From the NCBI GenBank assembly GCA_963806225.1, contig CAWDXG010000004.1, positions 3,008,001 to 3,072,000 on the forward strand: a stretch of 64,000 bases of DNA, written 5' to 3'. Below the pieces are notes generated by a model. The model saw only the letters and a list, made by a program, of their open reading frames with translations, did no database searches and had not been told where the DNA came from. Source of the stretch: an uncultured delta proteobacterium. Lineage in GTDB: Bacteria > Myxococcota_A > Polyangia > Polyangiales > Polyangiaceae. This document shows, piece after piece, positions 1-12,120 of the stretch. Every line of letters begins with the position of its first letter. The first letter of the stretch is position 1. The position numbers and the translations under genes are program-made.

Positions 1-1
1 G

Positions 2-601
2 TTCCTCTTGAACCTGGAGATCGCCTACCTGAGCCCGCCGCTCGGCCAGAACCTGTTCGTCACGAGCTTCCGTTTCAACCGCCCGATGATCAGCCTGTAC
101 CGCATCGCGATACCGTTCATAGGCATGTTACTCGTGGGGCTCGTCATCATCATGACGGTCCCCAAGCTGTCGACGGTGGCGGTAGAGGGCGACATCGCCA
201 GGGCCAAGGCGAAGGCCGCCAAGTACCACGAACCCCCGCGCGAGGCCTTCCTGCTCGAATGCGTGCAGGAGGATCGCAATAACCCCCTCCCGTGCACGCC
301 GGAAGAGAAGAAGATGTGGGGCAAGGGCGCGACGCCAACCGCCGCGCCGACGGCCGCGCCGAGCGGTGCAGGCGGCGCCGCGGGAGAAGGCTCCTCCGAC
401 CAGGACCTGATGAACCAGATGATGGGCGAGGGCGGCGCGGGAGGCGCTCCTGGTCCCGGCGACGGCACCGACCAGGACCTGATGAACCAGATGATGGGCA
501 CAGGCGGCGCGAGCGGGGACGCCGGCGCGAAGAAGCCGGAGAAGAAGACCAACCCCGACGGCACCGACGACGACCTGCTGCAGCAGATGATGAACCAGTA
601 G
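2..601 (+). CDS. TRAP transporter large permease (DctM-like), C-terminal part, with unusual low-complexity tail; 5' end outside window
   Basis: NLEIAYLSPPLGQNLF resembles the DctM C-terminal '(G/A)xxTPPxGxNLF' motif, followed by a hydrophobic helix (IPFIGMLLVGLVIIMTVP). Confidence 0.7.
   Translation, partial: FLLNLEIAYLSPPLGQNLFVTSFRFNRPMISLYRIAIPFIGMLLVGLVIIMTVPKLSTVAVEGDIARAKAKAAKYHEPPREAFLLECVQEDRNNPLPCTPEEKKMWGKGATPTAAPTAAPSGAGGAAGEGSSDQDLMNQMMGEGGAGGAPGPGDGTDQDLMNQMMGTGGASGDAGAKKPEKKTNPDGTDDDLLQQMMNQ
396..598 (+). repeat. Coding repeat DQDLMNQMMG x2 plus degenerate DDDLLQQMMNQ
   Basis: Exact 32-bp repeat ccgaccaggacctgatgaaccagatgatgggc at 396-427 and 468-499; third degenerate copy at about 564-598. 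Confidence 0.9.
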
Positions 602-749
602 GCAGGTCGTGGAGACTACGCCGCGACCGGCGTGGCCGGCAGGCGCCGCGCGACAGCGCGCGATCCCCTGAACCGGATCAGCAAGCATATCCCCAGCAGT
701 ATCAAGGCCGCCTTCTCCTCCGCCTGGTGCCGCTCGAGCCTGGTTCTGC

Positions 750-3506
<2,757 letters not shown>

Positions 3507-3673
3507 GAGGGCATGGTGCCAATGTAGGATAGTGTGGTCAAAGAAACTGCGTCCGCCCGCGCTGGAATGCCCCCACCGCGGCGTGGGTTGTGATGCAGCC
3601 CCACAGGGCTAGACTCCCCCGACCGTCGATGTCGTCGACTCCCGAGAACCAGCACAGGGTGAGACAAAGCGCC

Positions 3674-4054
3674 GTGCGCGCACGGCTCGTTTCGCTGCTG
3701 TGTGCGCTGGCCGCCTTGCTGGCGTCGCCGCTGGCCCGGGCTGCCGCACCCATGTGCGCCGACGACGCGACCAGCGTCGCCGCACCGCCGATCGTGATGC
3801 CCACCGACAACGGCACGCTCAGCGCATCGCCCCCCTGCAACGACAGGGGCGCGCCCGACCTGACGCTGGACAAGGCCCCGCCACCGGCGCACGGCTCCGG
3901 TCCCCTCGGTGCCGAGTCACCGCTCCGCGGATTACCCACCGGGGTCGTGTGGCCAACCCCTCAGCGCTCCGCACCGCTTCCGGTCGCGAAGCGGCGCCTG
4001 CTGCCGGCCTGTTCCGGCTTCCGGACCTCGGTGTACCGTCCGCCCCGCGCCTAG
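3674..4054 (+). CDS. Small secreted Pro-rich protein ending YRPPRA (possible leader/arrest peptide)
   Basis: GTG start chosen within ORF 3590..4054; Sec-type signal (RARLVSLLCALAALLASPLARA|AAPMC); three further Cys; C-terminal RPPR. Confidence 0.6.
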   Translation: MRARLVSLLCALAALLASPLARAAAPMCADDATSVAAPPIVMPTDNGTLSASPPCNDRGAPDLTLDKAPPPAHGSGPLGAESPLRGLPTGVVWPTPQRSAPLPVAKRRLLPACSGFRTSVYRPPRA

Positions 4055-4235
4055 CGCAGGGGGGCAAGTCGACACCGAGGTCGCCGCTACGCCGGTCCCG
4101 TGCTAGCGCGGCGCGGCGCCTCTTGACCGAGGACACTCGTACGTCCGGCGGGCCCTGTGCGCGGGACCCAGCGCGCGCCCGGGCGCCAAAGTTCCATAGC
4201 GGCTACTAGCCAGCCAACACTCTCAGGAGAACGAA

Positions 4236-6176
4236 ATGAACAAGGGAACAGCCATCGTCGGCTTCTTCCTCTGCTTTCTAGCGGGGATGGGCCTCATGTG
4301 GGGCGTCGACCGTAGCGCGAACACCGGCATTACCGCCGAGAACGGTTCGGCGACGGCAGCGCTCGATCAGAGCGATGCACCGATACCGGTGACATCGAAG
4401 GACCCGATCTGGGGCGATCCGAACGCTCCGGTCACCATCGTGGAGATCAGCGATTTCCAGTGCCCATTCTGCAAGCGGGTCGGTCCGACCATGGAGCAGA
4501 TCAAGCAGACCTACGGGCCGAAGAAGGTGCGCGTGGTCTGGAAGAACAACCCGCTGCCCTTCCACTCGCACGCCCGCCCGGCCGCCGATGCCGCCATGAC
4601 GGTGTTCGCGCTGGGAGGCAACAAGGCCTTCTGGAAGTACAAGGCGCTGCTCTTCGAGAACCAGCCCAACTTCGACGAGGACAAGTTCGTCGGGTGGGCC
4701 AAGCAGGTCGGCGTCGACCCGCAGAAGTTCAAGGCCGCCCTCGACGCGAAGAAGTACACGTCGAAGGTTGATGACGATCTGGCCTTCTCCAAGAAGGTCG
4801 GCGCCAACGGCACCCCGAACTTCCGCATCAACGGCATCGAGATCAGCGGTGCGCAGCCCTACGACAAGTTCAAGACGGTCATCGACCAGCAGCTGGCCGC
4901 GGCCAAGCAGCTGATCGCGTCGGGCACCAAGCCGGCCAACGTCTACGTCGCGCTGACCAAGAAGAACTTCAAGGCGCCTCCCCAGCAGGCCCAGAACGAC
5001 CAGAAGCCCAAGGAAGACACGACCATCTGGAAGGCGACCATCGACAAGGACAACCCCGTCGAGGGCCCCAGCGATGCGCTCGTCACCATCGTCGAGTTTT
5101 CCGACTTCCAGTGCCCCTTCTGCAAGCGCGTGGAGGGCACGCTCAAGCAGGTCAAGACCACGTACGGCAAGGACGTGCGCATCGTCTGGAAGAACAACCC
5201 GCTGCCCTTCCATCCGCGCGCCAAGCCCGCGGCGACCGTGGCCTGGATGGCGTACAAGCAGAAGGGCAACGCAGCGTTCTGGAAGGTCCACGACGAGCTG
5301 TTCGACAGCCAGCCCAAGCTCTCTGACGACGATCTCAAGAAGATCGCTGACGAGAATGGTCTGAACTGGACGCAGGTGAAGGCCGCGATCGACAGCGACA
5401 AGTACAAGGACGACTTCCAGAAGACGCTCGACGAGGGTTCGGACCTGAACGCCCGCGGCACTCCGCACTTCTTCGTGAACGGCTACCGCATCACCGGCGC
5501 GCAGCCGTTCTCGAAGTTCAAGGAAGTCATCGACGCGCAGCTCGCCAAGGCCAAGGCCATGGTCGCCAAGGGTACGCCCCGCGCCAAGGTCTACGACGAG
5601 ATCATGAAGGAGGCGAAGGGGCCGCCGGAGCCGGAGAAGAAGGACGTTCCCCCGCCCACGGCCGCCAACCCTTCCAAGGGCAACCCGAACGGCAAGATCG
5701 TCATCCAGGAGTGGTCGGACTTCCAGTGCCCCTTCTGCAAGCGCGTGGAGCCGACGATCCAGCAGCTGATGAAGGAGCACCCCGGCAAGATCAAGTTCGT
5801 CTGGCACAACTTCCCGCTGCCCTTCCACCACGACGCTCCGCTCGCCGCGGAGGCCGCGATGGAGGTGTTCCACCAGAAGGGCTCGGCCGGTTTCTGGAAG
5901 TTCCACGACGCCTTGTACGAGTCGCAGCCGGCCATCAAGCGGGCTGATCTCGAGCGCATTGCCCAGCAGATGGGCGGCATCGACATGGCCAAGTTCAAGA
6001 AGGCGCTCGACACGATGCCCTACAAGGACGAGATCCAGAAGGATCAGGACGTCGGCAAGAAGGCGGGCATCAGCGGTACGCCCGCGTTCGTCATCAACGG
6101 CTACTTCGTGAGCGGTGCCCAGCCGATCGGGGCCTTCAATCGCGCGATCAAGTTCGCGACCAAGGGAGGCCACTGA
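4236..6176 (+). CDS. DsbA-family protein with three thioredoxin domains (CPFC x3), N-terminal membrane anchor
   Basis: Three 'SDFQCPFC...PLPFH...GTP' units; RBS AGGAGA at 4225-4230. Confidence 0.93.
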   Translation: MNKGTAIVGFFLCFLAGMGLMWGVDRSANTGITAENGSATAALDQSDAPIPVTSKDPIWGDPNAPVTIVEISDFQCPFCKRVGPTMEQIKQTYGPKKVRVVWKNNPLPFHSHARPAADAAMTVFALGGNKAFWKYKALLFENQPNFDEDKFVGWAKQVGVDPQKFKAALDAKKYTSKVDDDLAFSKKVGANGTPNFRINGIEISGAQPYDKFKTVIDQQLAAAKQLIASGTKPANVYVALTKKNFKAPPQQAQNDQKPKEDTTIWKATIDKDNPVEGPSDALVTIVEFSDFQCPFCKRVEGTLKQVKTTYGKDVRIVWKNNPLPFHPRAKPAATVAWMAYKQKGNAAFWKVHDELFDSQPKLSDDDLKKIADENGLNWTQVKAAIDSDKYKDDFQKTLDEGSDLNARGTPHFFVNGYRITGAQPFSKFKEVIDAQLAKAKAMVAKGTPRAKVYDEIMKEAKGPPEPEKKDVPPPTAANPSKGNPNGKIVIQEWSDFQCPFCKRVEPTIQQLMKEHPGKIKFVWHNFPLPFHHDAPLAAEAAMEVFHQKGSAGFWKFHDALYESQPAIKRADLERIAQQMGGIDMAKFKKALDTMPYKDEIQKDQDVGKKAGISGTPAFVINGYFVSGAQPIGAFNRAIKFATKGGH

Positions 6177-8254
6177 TGGCAGCGCCCGGGGAACCGTCGC
6201 TCCGATCCCTGAACCGGATCAGAGCCCGGGTCCCCGGGCTCGGTGCCAGGGCGATCCTCTGCTGGGTCGCCCTGGCGCTGTTGCTGATCGGTTGCGGGGG
6301 GAGCACGCCTCCCCCCCGCCAACCGGCTCCGGCCGAGGTCGATCTGGCGCAGGCCTCGACGCAGGCCGCCAGCATCGATCCGGCGGATGTCCCCGTGGGG
6401 AAGCCGCTCGCCGGAGAAGCGCTTTCGAAGATTCCTGTCGAGTCGGACGACGCGGTCTGGGGCAAGTCGACGGCCCCGGTGACACTGGTCGCCTTCCTCG
6501 ACTTCCAGTGTCCGTTCTGCGCGCGCGCCGAGGCCACTGTCGAGACGCTGCGGAAGCAGTACGGACCCGACCAGCTCCGCGTGGTCGTCAAGCACTACCC
6601 CCTGCCCTTCCACCAGGACGCGTTGCCCGCGGCGCTCGCCGCGCAGTCGGTCCGGGATATTGCGGGCAACGAGGCGTTCTTTGCCTACGCGAGCCTGCTG
6701 TACGGAAACCAGCGCTCGCTGGGCGAGGCGAGCCTCGAACAGATGGCCGAGCAGGTCGGGGTGGACCGTTCCCGATTCGAATCGACGTTCCGGTCGGATC
6801 GCGTGCGGCAACAGGTAGCCGCCGACATCGACCTGGCCAACAAGATCGGCGTCGAGGGCACGCCCAATTTCCGGATCAACGGCACCGAGCTCGAGGGCGC
6901 CCAGCCCATCGACCAGTTCAAGCAGATCATCGATCACGAGATTGCCGCGAGTGCGGCCCTGCTCAAGCGCGGCGTTCCCGCGAACGAGGTCTACGCACGC
7001 CGTGTCGTGGCCAACTACACGGCGCCGAAGCCCCGGGCGGCCCACGCGGACGTCCCTGTGGAGGACACCACCGTCTACAAGGTGCCGGTCGGCAAGTCGC
7101 CCGTGCTCGGACCCGCGGGCGCACTGGTCACCATCGTCGAATTCGCGGACTTCCAGTGCCCGTTCTGCAAGCGCGCCGACGAGACGCTGAAGGAAGTACT
7201 GAAGCGCTATCCGGGCAAGGTGCGGCTGGTGTTCAAGCACAAACCGCTGCCCTTCCACAACCGGGCGCTGCCAGCCGCCATGCTCGCGATCGAGGCGCAG
7301 AAGGAACAAGGCAGCAAGGGCTTCTGGAAAGCCCATGACCTGCTGTTCGAGTCGAACCCCCACCTGGACGACGCAGACCTCCTCGACATTGCCAAGAAGC
7401 TTCAGCTGAGCACCCGGCGCGCGAAGGCCGCGATCGCGAACAAGAAGTACCAGGCGATCACGCAGGCCGACTCCGATCTGGCCGACGGCATCGGCGTCCG
7501 TGGTACGCCGTCGTTCTTCATCAACGGACGCAAGCTCGTCGGCGCGCAGCCGCTCGACAGCTTCACCGCACTCATCGACCAGCAGCTTTCGGCGGCCGAG
7601 GCTCTGGTCAAGGACAAGCACGTCCCGGCGGCACGCGTCTACGACACGATCATGAAAGACGCGCAGGGCCCGAAGCCGCCCGCGCAGAAGAGTGTCCCGG
7701 CGGCCACCAAGGCCAATCCGAGCCAGGGTCCGGCGCGGGCGCCGGTCGTGGTGCAGATGTTCGCCGACTTCCAGTGCCCGTTCTGCAAGCGGGTGCTACC
7801 CACGATCGATGCGCTGAAGAAGGCGTTCCCCGGCAAGATCCGCGTGGTGTGGCGGAACCTGCCGCTGCCGTTCCACCCGCACGCGCACGAGGACGCCGCC
7901 GCCGCCATGGAGGCGTTTGCACAGCGCGGCAACGTGGGCTTCTGGAAGATGCACGACCTCATCTACAAGAACCAGGGGACCCCGGACGGGCTGAGCCGCC
8001 CGGCGCTCGAGAAGTACGCGAAGAGCATCGGACTGGACGTGGCGCGCTTCGACAAGGCCCTCGACAGCGGCGCGCACGACGCCGAGATCGACCACGACGC
8101 CGCCGTCGCCGCGCAGGGCGGCATCCGGGGTACCCCGGGCTTCGTGATCAACGGCTACTACGTCTCCGGCGCACAGCCGCTCTCCTCCTTCAAGCGAGCC
8201 GTCCACTTCGCGCTCGACGACCTGAAGCACGGCAAGAAGCCCCCGCGTCCCTGA
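6176..8254 (+). CDS. Second triple-domain DsbA-family protein, probable lipoprotein
   Basis: Three 'DFQCPFC...PLPFH...GTP' units; lipobox-like LLIGC; stop/start overlap (TGATG) with upstream paralog. Confidence 0.92.
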   Translation: MAAPGEPSLRSLNRIRARVPGLGARAILCWVALALLLIGCGGSTPPPRQPAPAEVDLAQASTQAASIDPADVPVGKPLAGEALSKIPVESDDAVWGKSTAPVTLVAFLDFQCPFCARAEATVETLRKQYGPDQLRVVVKHYPLPFHQDALPAALAAQSVRDIAGNEAFFAYASLLYGNQRSLGEASLEQMAEQVGVDRSRFESTFRSDRVRQQVAADIDLANKIGVEGTPNFRINGTELEGAQPIDQFKQIIDHEIAASAALLKRGVPANEVYARRVVANYTAPKPRAAHADVPVEDTTVYKVPVGKSPVLGPAGALVTIVEFADFQCPFCKRADETLKEVLKRYPGKVRLVFKHKPLPFHNRALPAAMLAIEAQKEQGSKGFWKAHDLLFESNPHLDDADLLDIAKKLQLSTRRAKAAIANKKYQAITQADSDLADGIGVRGTPSFFINGRKLVGAQPLDSFTALIDQQLSAAEALVKDKHVPAARVYDTIMKDAQGPKPPAQKSVPAATKANPSQGPARAPVVVQMFADFQCPFCKRVLPTIDALKKAFPGKIRVVWRNLPLPFHPHAHEDAAAAMEAFAQRGNVGFWKMHDLIYKNQGTPDGLSRPALEKYAKSIGLDVARFDKALDSGAHDAEIDHDAAVAAQGGIRGTPGFVINGYYVSGAQPLSSFKRAVHFALDDLKHGKKPPRP

Positions 8255-8258
8255 GCGG

Positions 8259-8275
8259 TCCCCCGAATGGGGGAT
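8259..8275. terminator. Short hairpin between convergent genes
   Basis: TCCCCC-GAAT-GGGGGA immediately after the 8254 stop; no clear U-tract. Confidence 0.3.
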
Positions 8276-8367
8276 CCCGGCGTCTCGTTTCCCGACCCGC
8301 GACAACATCTCCGGCCTGCCCGTATCCAGTATGGGCGTCCTTCCCGTGCCCTGGTGGAAGTCAATCG

Positions 8368-8592
8368 TCAGCGGCGGCGGATGCGGGCGAGCACGGCGCG
8401 GGCGGTCGTGCTCTGGCCGTCCGGGTCGAGGGCCGCTTCGAGCTGGCGCAGGCGCACAGCTACGTCGAAGGCTTCGCGGCGGCCGCTCTCGTCCAGGTCG
8501 TGCCAGGCGGGATGGGCGCGGACCGTGCCGTCCGCGTCGCGCTCCCGCCATGCCGACGCCACCTGTTCGACGAGGTTGTCCCGATCGCTCAT
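8368..8592 (-). CDS. Small hypothetical protein (74 aa) coupled to ECF sigma factor
   Basis: MSDRDNLVEQVASAWRERD...; ATG overlaps the sigma stop (ATGA). Confidence 0.7.
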   Translation of the reverse strand: MSDRDNLVEQVASAWRERDADGTVRAHPAWHDLDESGRREAFDVAVRLRQLEAALDPDGQSTTARAVLARIRRR

Positions 8593-9161
8593 CGCATCAC
8601 CTCCGCCAGATGCACGCCCCGTTTCTCCAGGCATTCGGAAAGCAACCTGCGCGCCCGCACGATGTTCTGCAGAAACGTGTTGAGCCGCATGCCGAGCCGA
8701 TCCGCGAGCACTTCGTCGGGCTCGGTACCGTCGCTGCCCAGGCGCTCTTCGAGCGCAGCCGCCGGCTTGTTCGGCAGCTTCTCGTGGCAGTAATGGATCC
8801 AGCGCCGGAGCAGTGGATCCGGCGGGCGCGGCAGACCGGCTTCGAGAGCGGCGGCTTCGAGCGCGCGGATCTCGTCCGTCGACAGACGTCGACGCCTCAG
8901 CTCGTCGATAGCGAGATTTCTCGCGATGCGGATTGCGAGACGCGCAAGGCCGTCTGGTTTCCCATCTGCCACGAAGCGCGGCGCCACCTGCCACACGCGA
9001 AGCAGCGCCTCCTGGATCACGGCCTCGGCGTCGACCTGGCCCACGTAGGCCCGGAGGCTCGCGCGCAGACGCTGCTCGACGCCAGCGACCCAGCGCCCGA
9101 AGGCATCTGGATCGCCGGAGACGATGTCAGGCAGGTAGGAGTCGAGGTCGGATTCCATCAA
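8589..9161 (-). CDS. ECF-type RNA polymerase sigma factor
   Basis: Region 2 (DAEAVIQEALLRVWQ...RIARNLAIDELRRR) and region 4 HTH (EVLADRLGMRLNTFLQNIVRARRLL). Confidence 0.85.
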   Translation of the reverse strand: MMESDLDSYLPDIVSGDPDAFGRWVAGVEQRLRASLRAYVGQVDAEAVIQEALLRVWQVAPRFVADGKPDGLARLAIRIARNLAIDELRRRRLSTDEIRALEAAALEAGLPRPPDPLLRRWIHYCHEKLPNKPAAALEERLGSDGTEPDEVLADRLGMRLNTFLQNIVRARRLLSECLEKRGVHLAEVMR

Positions 9162-11542
9162 AGTCCGATCAGCAGGGTCGTGCCCGGCAACTGCAGCATC
9201 ACTGCGTTCGGGCGTGCACCCGCGTGCTGGAGGGTGATGCGCAGCGTGCTGCCGGCGGCGACAGTTCCCGAACGGGTCGAGCGTGTCGCATCAACAGGCG
9301 CGGAGACGACGCCCTGCTCGAGGTGCAGCTCGGCGAACGAGGGCGTGCTCCAATCGAGGTCGCGCTCGTCGAGCGTGAACTCGACGACGATCTGCTCATC
9401 CGTGTGCAACAGGATCACGCCCTTCAGGATCCGTGTCGTCCGGAGCACGCCGGTCTGCGTGGTCTCGTGCGGTTGCGGGGGAGCGCCGGTGGGCGGCGGC
9501 GGAGGCGCGGCGCCCATCCGCGGCGGCCCACCAGCGGGCGGCGGGGCACCGCCCGTTCCGCCTGCAGCTCCCGGCGCCGCGGGACGACTCCGCGTGAGCC
9601 CGCCGAACACCCGTCGGCGCTGCGGCGCCATCGGCGCAGCAGGCATGGGAGCCGCGGGCGCCGCGAACGCGAGCGACCTCATGACGCCGGTTGGCGCCAT
9701 CGCCGGGCGCAGTCCGACGCCTTCCGCACTCATCCCGTACGGCAGCTCGTGCGGCATGCGCACGCGGCGAGTCGGCTCGCGGGGGTCCACCGACGCTTCC
9801 TCGTCGATGGCCACCCACGACGTGAGGCGTGTCGCGATCGAGAACGCGAGCCCCAGTCGCTCGATCTCGTTGTCGATCGCGGGGTCGCCGTGCGCTGCAC
9901 GAAGCGTTTCCAGATCGTCCACGCGCTCGCGCGCGTACAGCGCCGCGATGGCTGCATCGCCCGTGGCTTCGGCGGCAGGTGACACCTGCAGTCGGTGTTC
10001 CCAGACGCCGCGTTCCGTTCTGCCGCGCACCGCGAGCTGACCGCCCTCGGCGCGTAGGTGCAACGACAGCAGTGCGGGCGCGCCCGCGAACAGATCGGGC
10101 AGCTTCGCCGGCGCGCTGTCGAGCAACGCATCGCCCGAAAGCTCCAGGTCGACGACCAGCGGCGCGTCGGTGCGCGCCACCAGGCGCCGCGCCGCGCGCT
10201 CTGCGTCCTCGTCGATCCCTATGATGACCTCCTCGCCGCGTCCGGCCCGCGCGGCCGAGCGCGTCAGCGAGCGATTGACGCCCGAGCCGACGCCGACCGT
10301 GTGGACCCGCGATCCCTCCGGCAATCGGTCCAGGATCTCGCCGACGATCTCGCTCTCGAAGCCGATCAGTCCGTCGGTCACCAGCACGACCTGGCGCTGC
10401 GCGCCGTATCGCAGCGGAGCGAGGGCCTCGAGGATGCCACTGCGCATCTCGGTGCCGCCGCTTGCGCGTAGCGACGCGACCCACTTGTGCGCGCGCTCGC
10501 GCCCGCGGTGATTCATCGCGATGGGCTTTCTCGCCCAGCGCGTGACGAACGACGCGAAGGAGAGCATCTCCAGACGATCGCGCTCGGAGAGCGTGTCGAT
10601 CAGGGCTGCGACGACGCGCTGGGCCTGGGCGAGCGGCATGCCGTGCATCGAGCCGCTGGTGTCGAGCAGCACGATCAGATCGCGCGCTACCGGCTCGCCC
10701 TGATGCTCGCGCTCCGGGGGCACGAGCGTGAAGAGACCGTACGCCGCATCGCTCCCGCCAGGTCGGGCGACAGCGAGCGTGGCGCCGACCTCCGGCTGGG
10801 CCACGCTCCAGCGCACCACAACGTCTCGATCGAGCCGCGCGCCTTCCTCGTCGCGGAATACGACGTCCGTCGTTGCTCCGTTGGTTGCGACGTCGAGCGC
10901 ATGGGAAGGCGAGCTGGGTGCGCGCGTCGTGCTGTCGTGGACGCAGAGGGCGAGCGAGGTGCGCGCGTCGAGAGGCCGATCGGCGACGTCCACGGTGACG
11001 CGCTCGGCGTCGGGGACGCGCCCTTCGGCGCCGAGATAACGTGGCGCGACCACGGTCGGGAAGCGCCATTCCCAGGCGCCCTCGTCCAGCCACGCGAGCC
11101 GCTGGTCGATGCTGATCTCCACGACCACTTCTTCGCCGGGCGGGATGTTGCCGATCTCCTGCGTGAACAGATCCGCCCGCTCCTCCTCCAGCAGCGCGGC
11201 GCTCTGCCCCTCGAGGATGGCTTCCTCGAAGCGCTGGCGCGCGTCGGCTCGCCTGTCGATCTCGCCCACCATGCGGCGATCGCCAATGCGGAACGCATAG
11301 CCGCTGACCGCTGCGTCGGCTGGCAGCGGCACCTGGTAGGTGACGCGCAGCGGCTCGTCGTATGGATTGGCAAAGCGCTGCTCCAGCACGACGCGTGCGA
11401 TGCCGCCGCGGGCGGCGCCGCGAATGGCGGTCCCGGTCAGAGGCAGCTCCCGTCCGTCGGCGGCTACGAGGCGGCCGCCGCACGAAACGTGGGTCGTGGC
11501 CGCGGGGGAAGGGGTCGGGCTCATCGCTGGCATCGGCATCAT
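9158..11542 (-). CDS. VIT + von Willebrand factor A domain protein
   Basis: VIT (EQRFANPYDEPLRVTYQVPLPADAAVSGY...FTQEIGNIPPG) and MIDAS (LLDTSGSM, GGTEM, LVTDG); GGAGG RBS before ATG 11542. Confidence 0.9.
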   Translation of the reverse strand: MMPMPAMSPTPSPAATTHVSCGGRLVAADGRELPLTGTAIRGAARGGIARVVLEQRFANPYDEPLRVTYQVPLPADAAVSGYAFRIGDRRMVGEIDRRADARQRFEEAILEGQSAALLEEERADLFTQEIGNIPPGEEVVVEISIDQRLAWLDEGAWEWRFPTVVAPRYLGAEGRVPDAERVTVDVADRPLDARTSLALCVHDSTTRAPSSPSHALDVATNGATTDVVFRDEEGARLDRDVVVRWSVAQPEVGATLAVARPGGSDAAYGLFTLVPPEREHQGEPVARDLIVLLDTSGSMHGMPLAQAQRVVAALIDTLSERDRLEMLSFASFVTRWARKPIAMNHRGRERAHKWVASLRASGGTEMRSGILEALAPLRYGAQRQVVLVTDGLIGFESEIVGEILDRLPEGSRVHTVGVGSGVNRSLTRSAARAGRGEEVIIGIDEDAERAARRLVARTDAPLVVDLELSGDALLDSAPAKLPDLFAGAPALLSLHLRAEGGQLAVRGRTERGVWEHRLQVSPAAEATGDAAIAALYARERVDDLETLRAAHGDPAIDNEIERLGLAFSIATRLTSWVAIDEEASVDPREPTRRVRMPHELPYGMSAEGVGLRPAMAPTGVMRSLAFAAPAAPMPAAPMAPQRRRVFGGLTRSRPAAPGAAGGTGGAPPPAGGPPRMGAAPPPPPTGAPPQPHETTQTGVLRTTRILKGVILLHTDEQIVVEFTLDERDLDWSTPSFAELHLEQGVVSAPVDATRSTRSGTVAAGSTLRITLQHAGARPNAVMLQLPGTTLLIGL

Positions 11543-11722
11543 CGCGCACCTCCTCGGTTTTCGTCTCGCTTCGACCGTCCAACGGGCCCCGGCCTGCTCC
11601 GGTGACAGAAAATCGACATCCGGAAAACGTGGGCCGGTGCGGCCTGGTATGCTGCGCCGCGGCGGAACGGTGAGGGTGGACACGGAACGAAGGCGCGAAC
11701 GAACGCGGGCTTCGGAGGCCTT

Positions 11723-12120
11723 GTGCAACTGGTTGCCCTACTCGCCTGCAAGGGCAGGCATTCGCGCCGGAGCACGAGCGGGTCGTCGCCTGCGCCCGCA
11801 CCAGCAGACACGGGCAAGCCGATGACGCCCTTTGCCGCGCCGGGCCTCGACACCCTGACGCACAAGCCGCTCGCCGTACTGTGGCAGATGAATCCGTGGC
11901 TGACGGTGATCGGTTCCGAGGTTCCAACGGTCGTCGTGTACGACGATGGGCTGGTCGTGATGCACAGGATCGCCGGACACTCGGTCTCGCGATTCGAGGG
12001 GCAGCTCACTCACGCCGATGCGCGGGCTCTGGCGGCACGCATCGACGCTGGTCTGGCAAAGGCGCCGCACGACTCCCGCGCCACCGGCGCGACGGATCAG
12101 CCGACCGTAGACGTGGTCCC
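11723..12120 (+). pseudogene. Probable gene fragment (exported/lipoprotein-like), apparently truncated
   Basis: Plausible protein-like stretch (NPWLTVIGSEVPTVVVYDDGLVV...TDQPTV) degenerates into low-complexity sequence after about 12120. Confidence 0.35.

Noticed and set aside
4278..7621. Long antisense ORFs (631 aa and 506 aa; similar shadows opposite proS and the mutase)
   Set aside because: Typical stop-poor shadow frames of high-GC3 genes, with no recognisable motifs.
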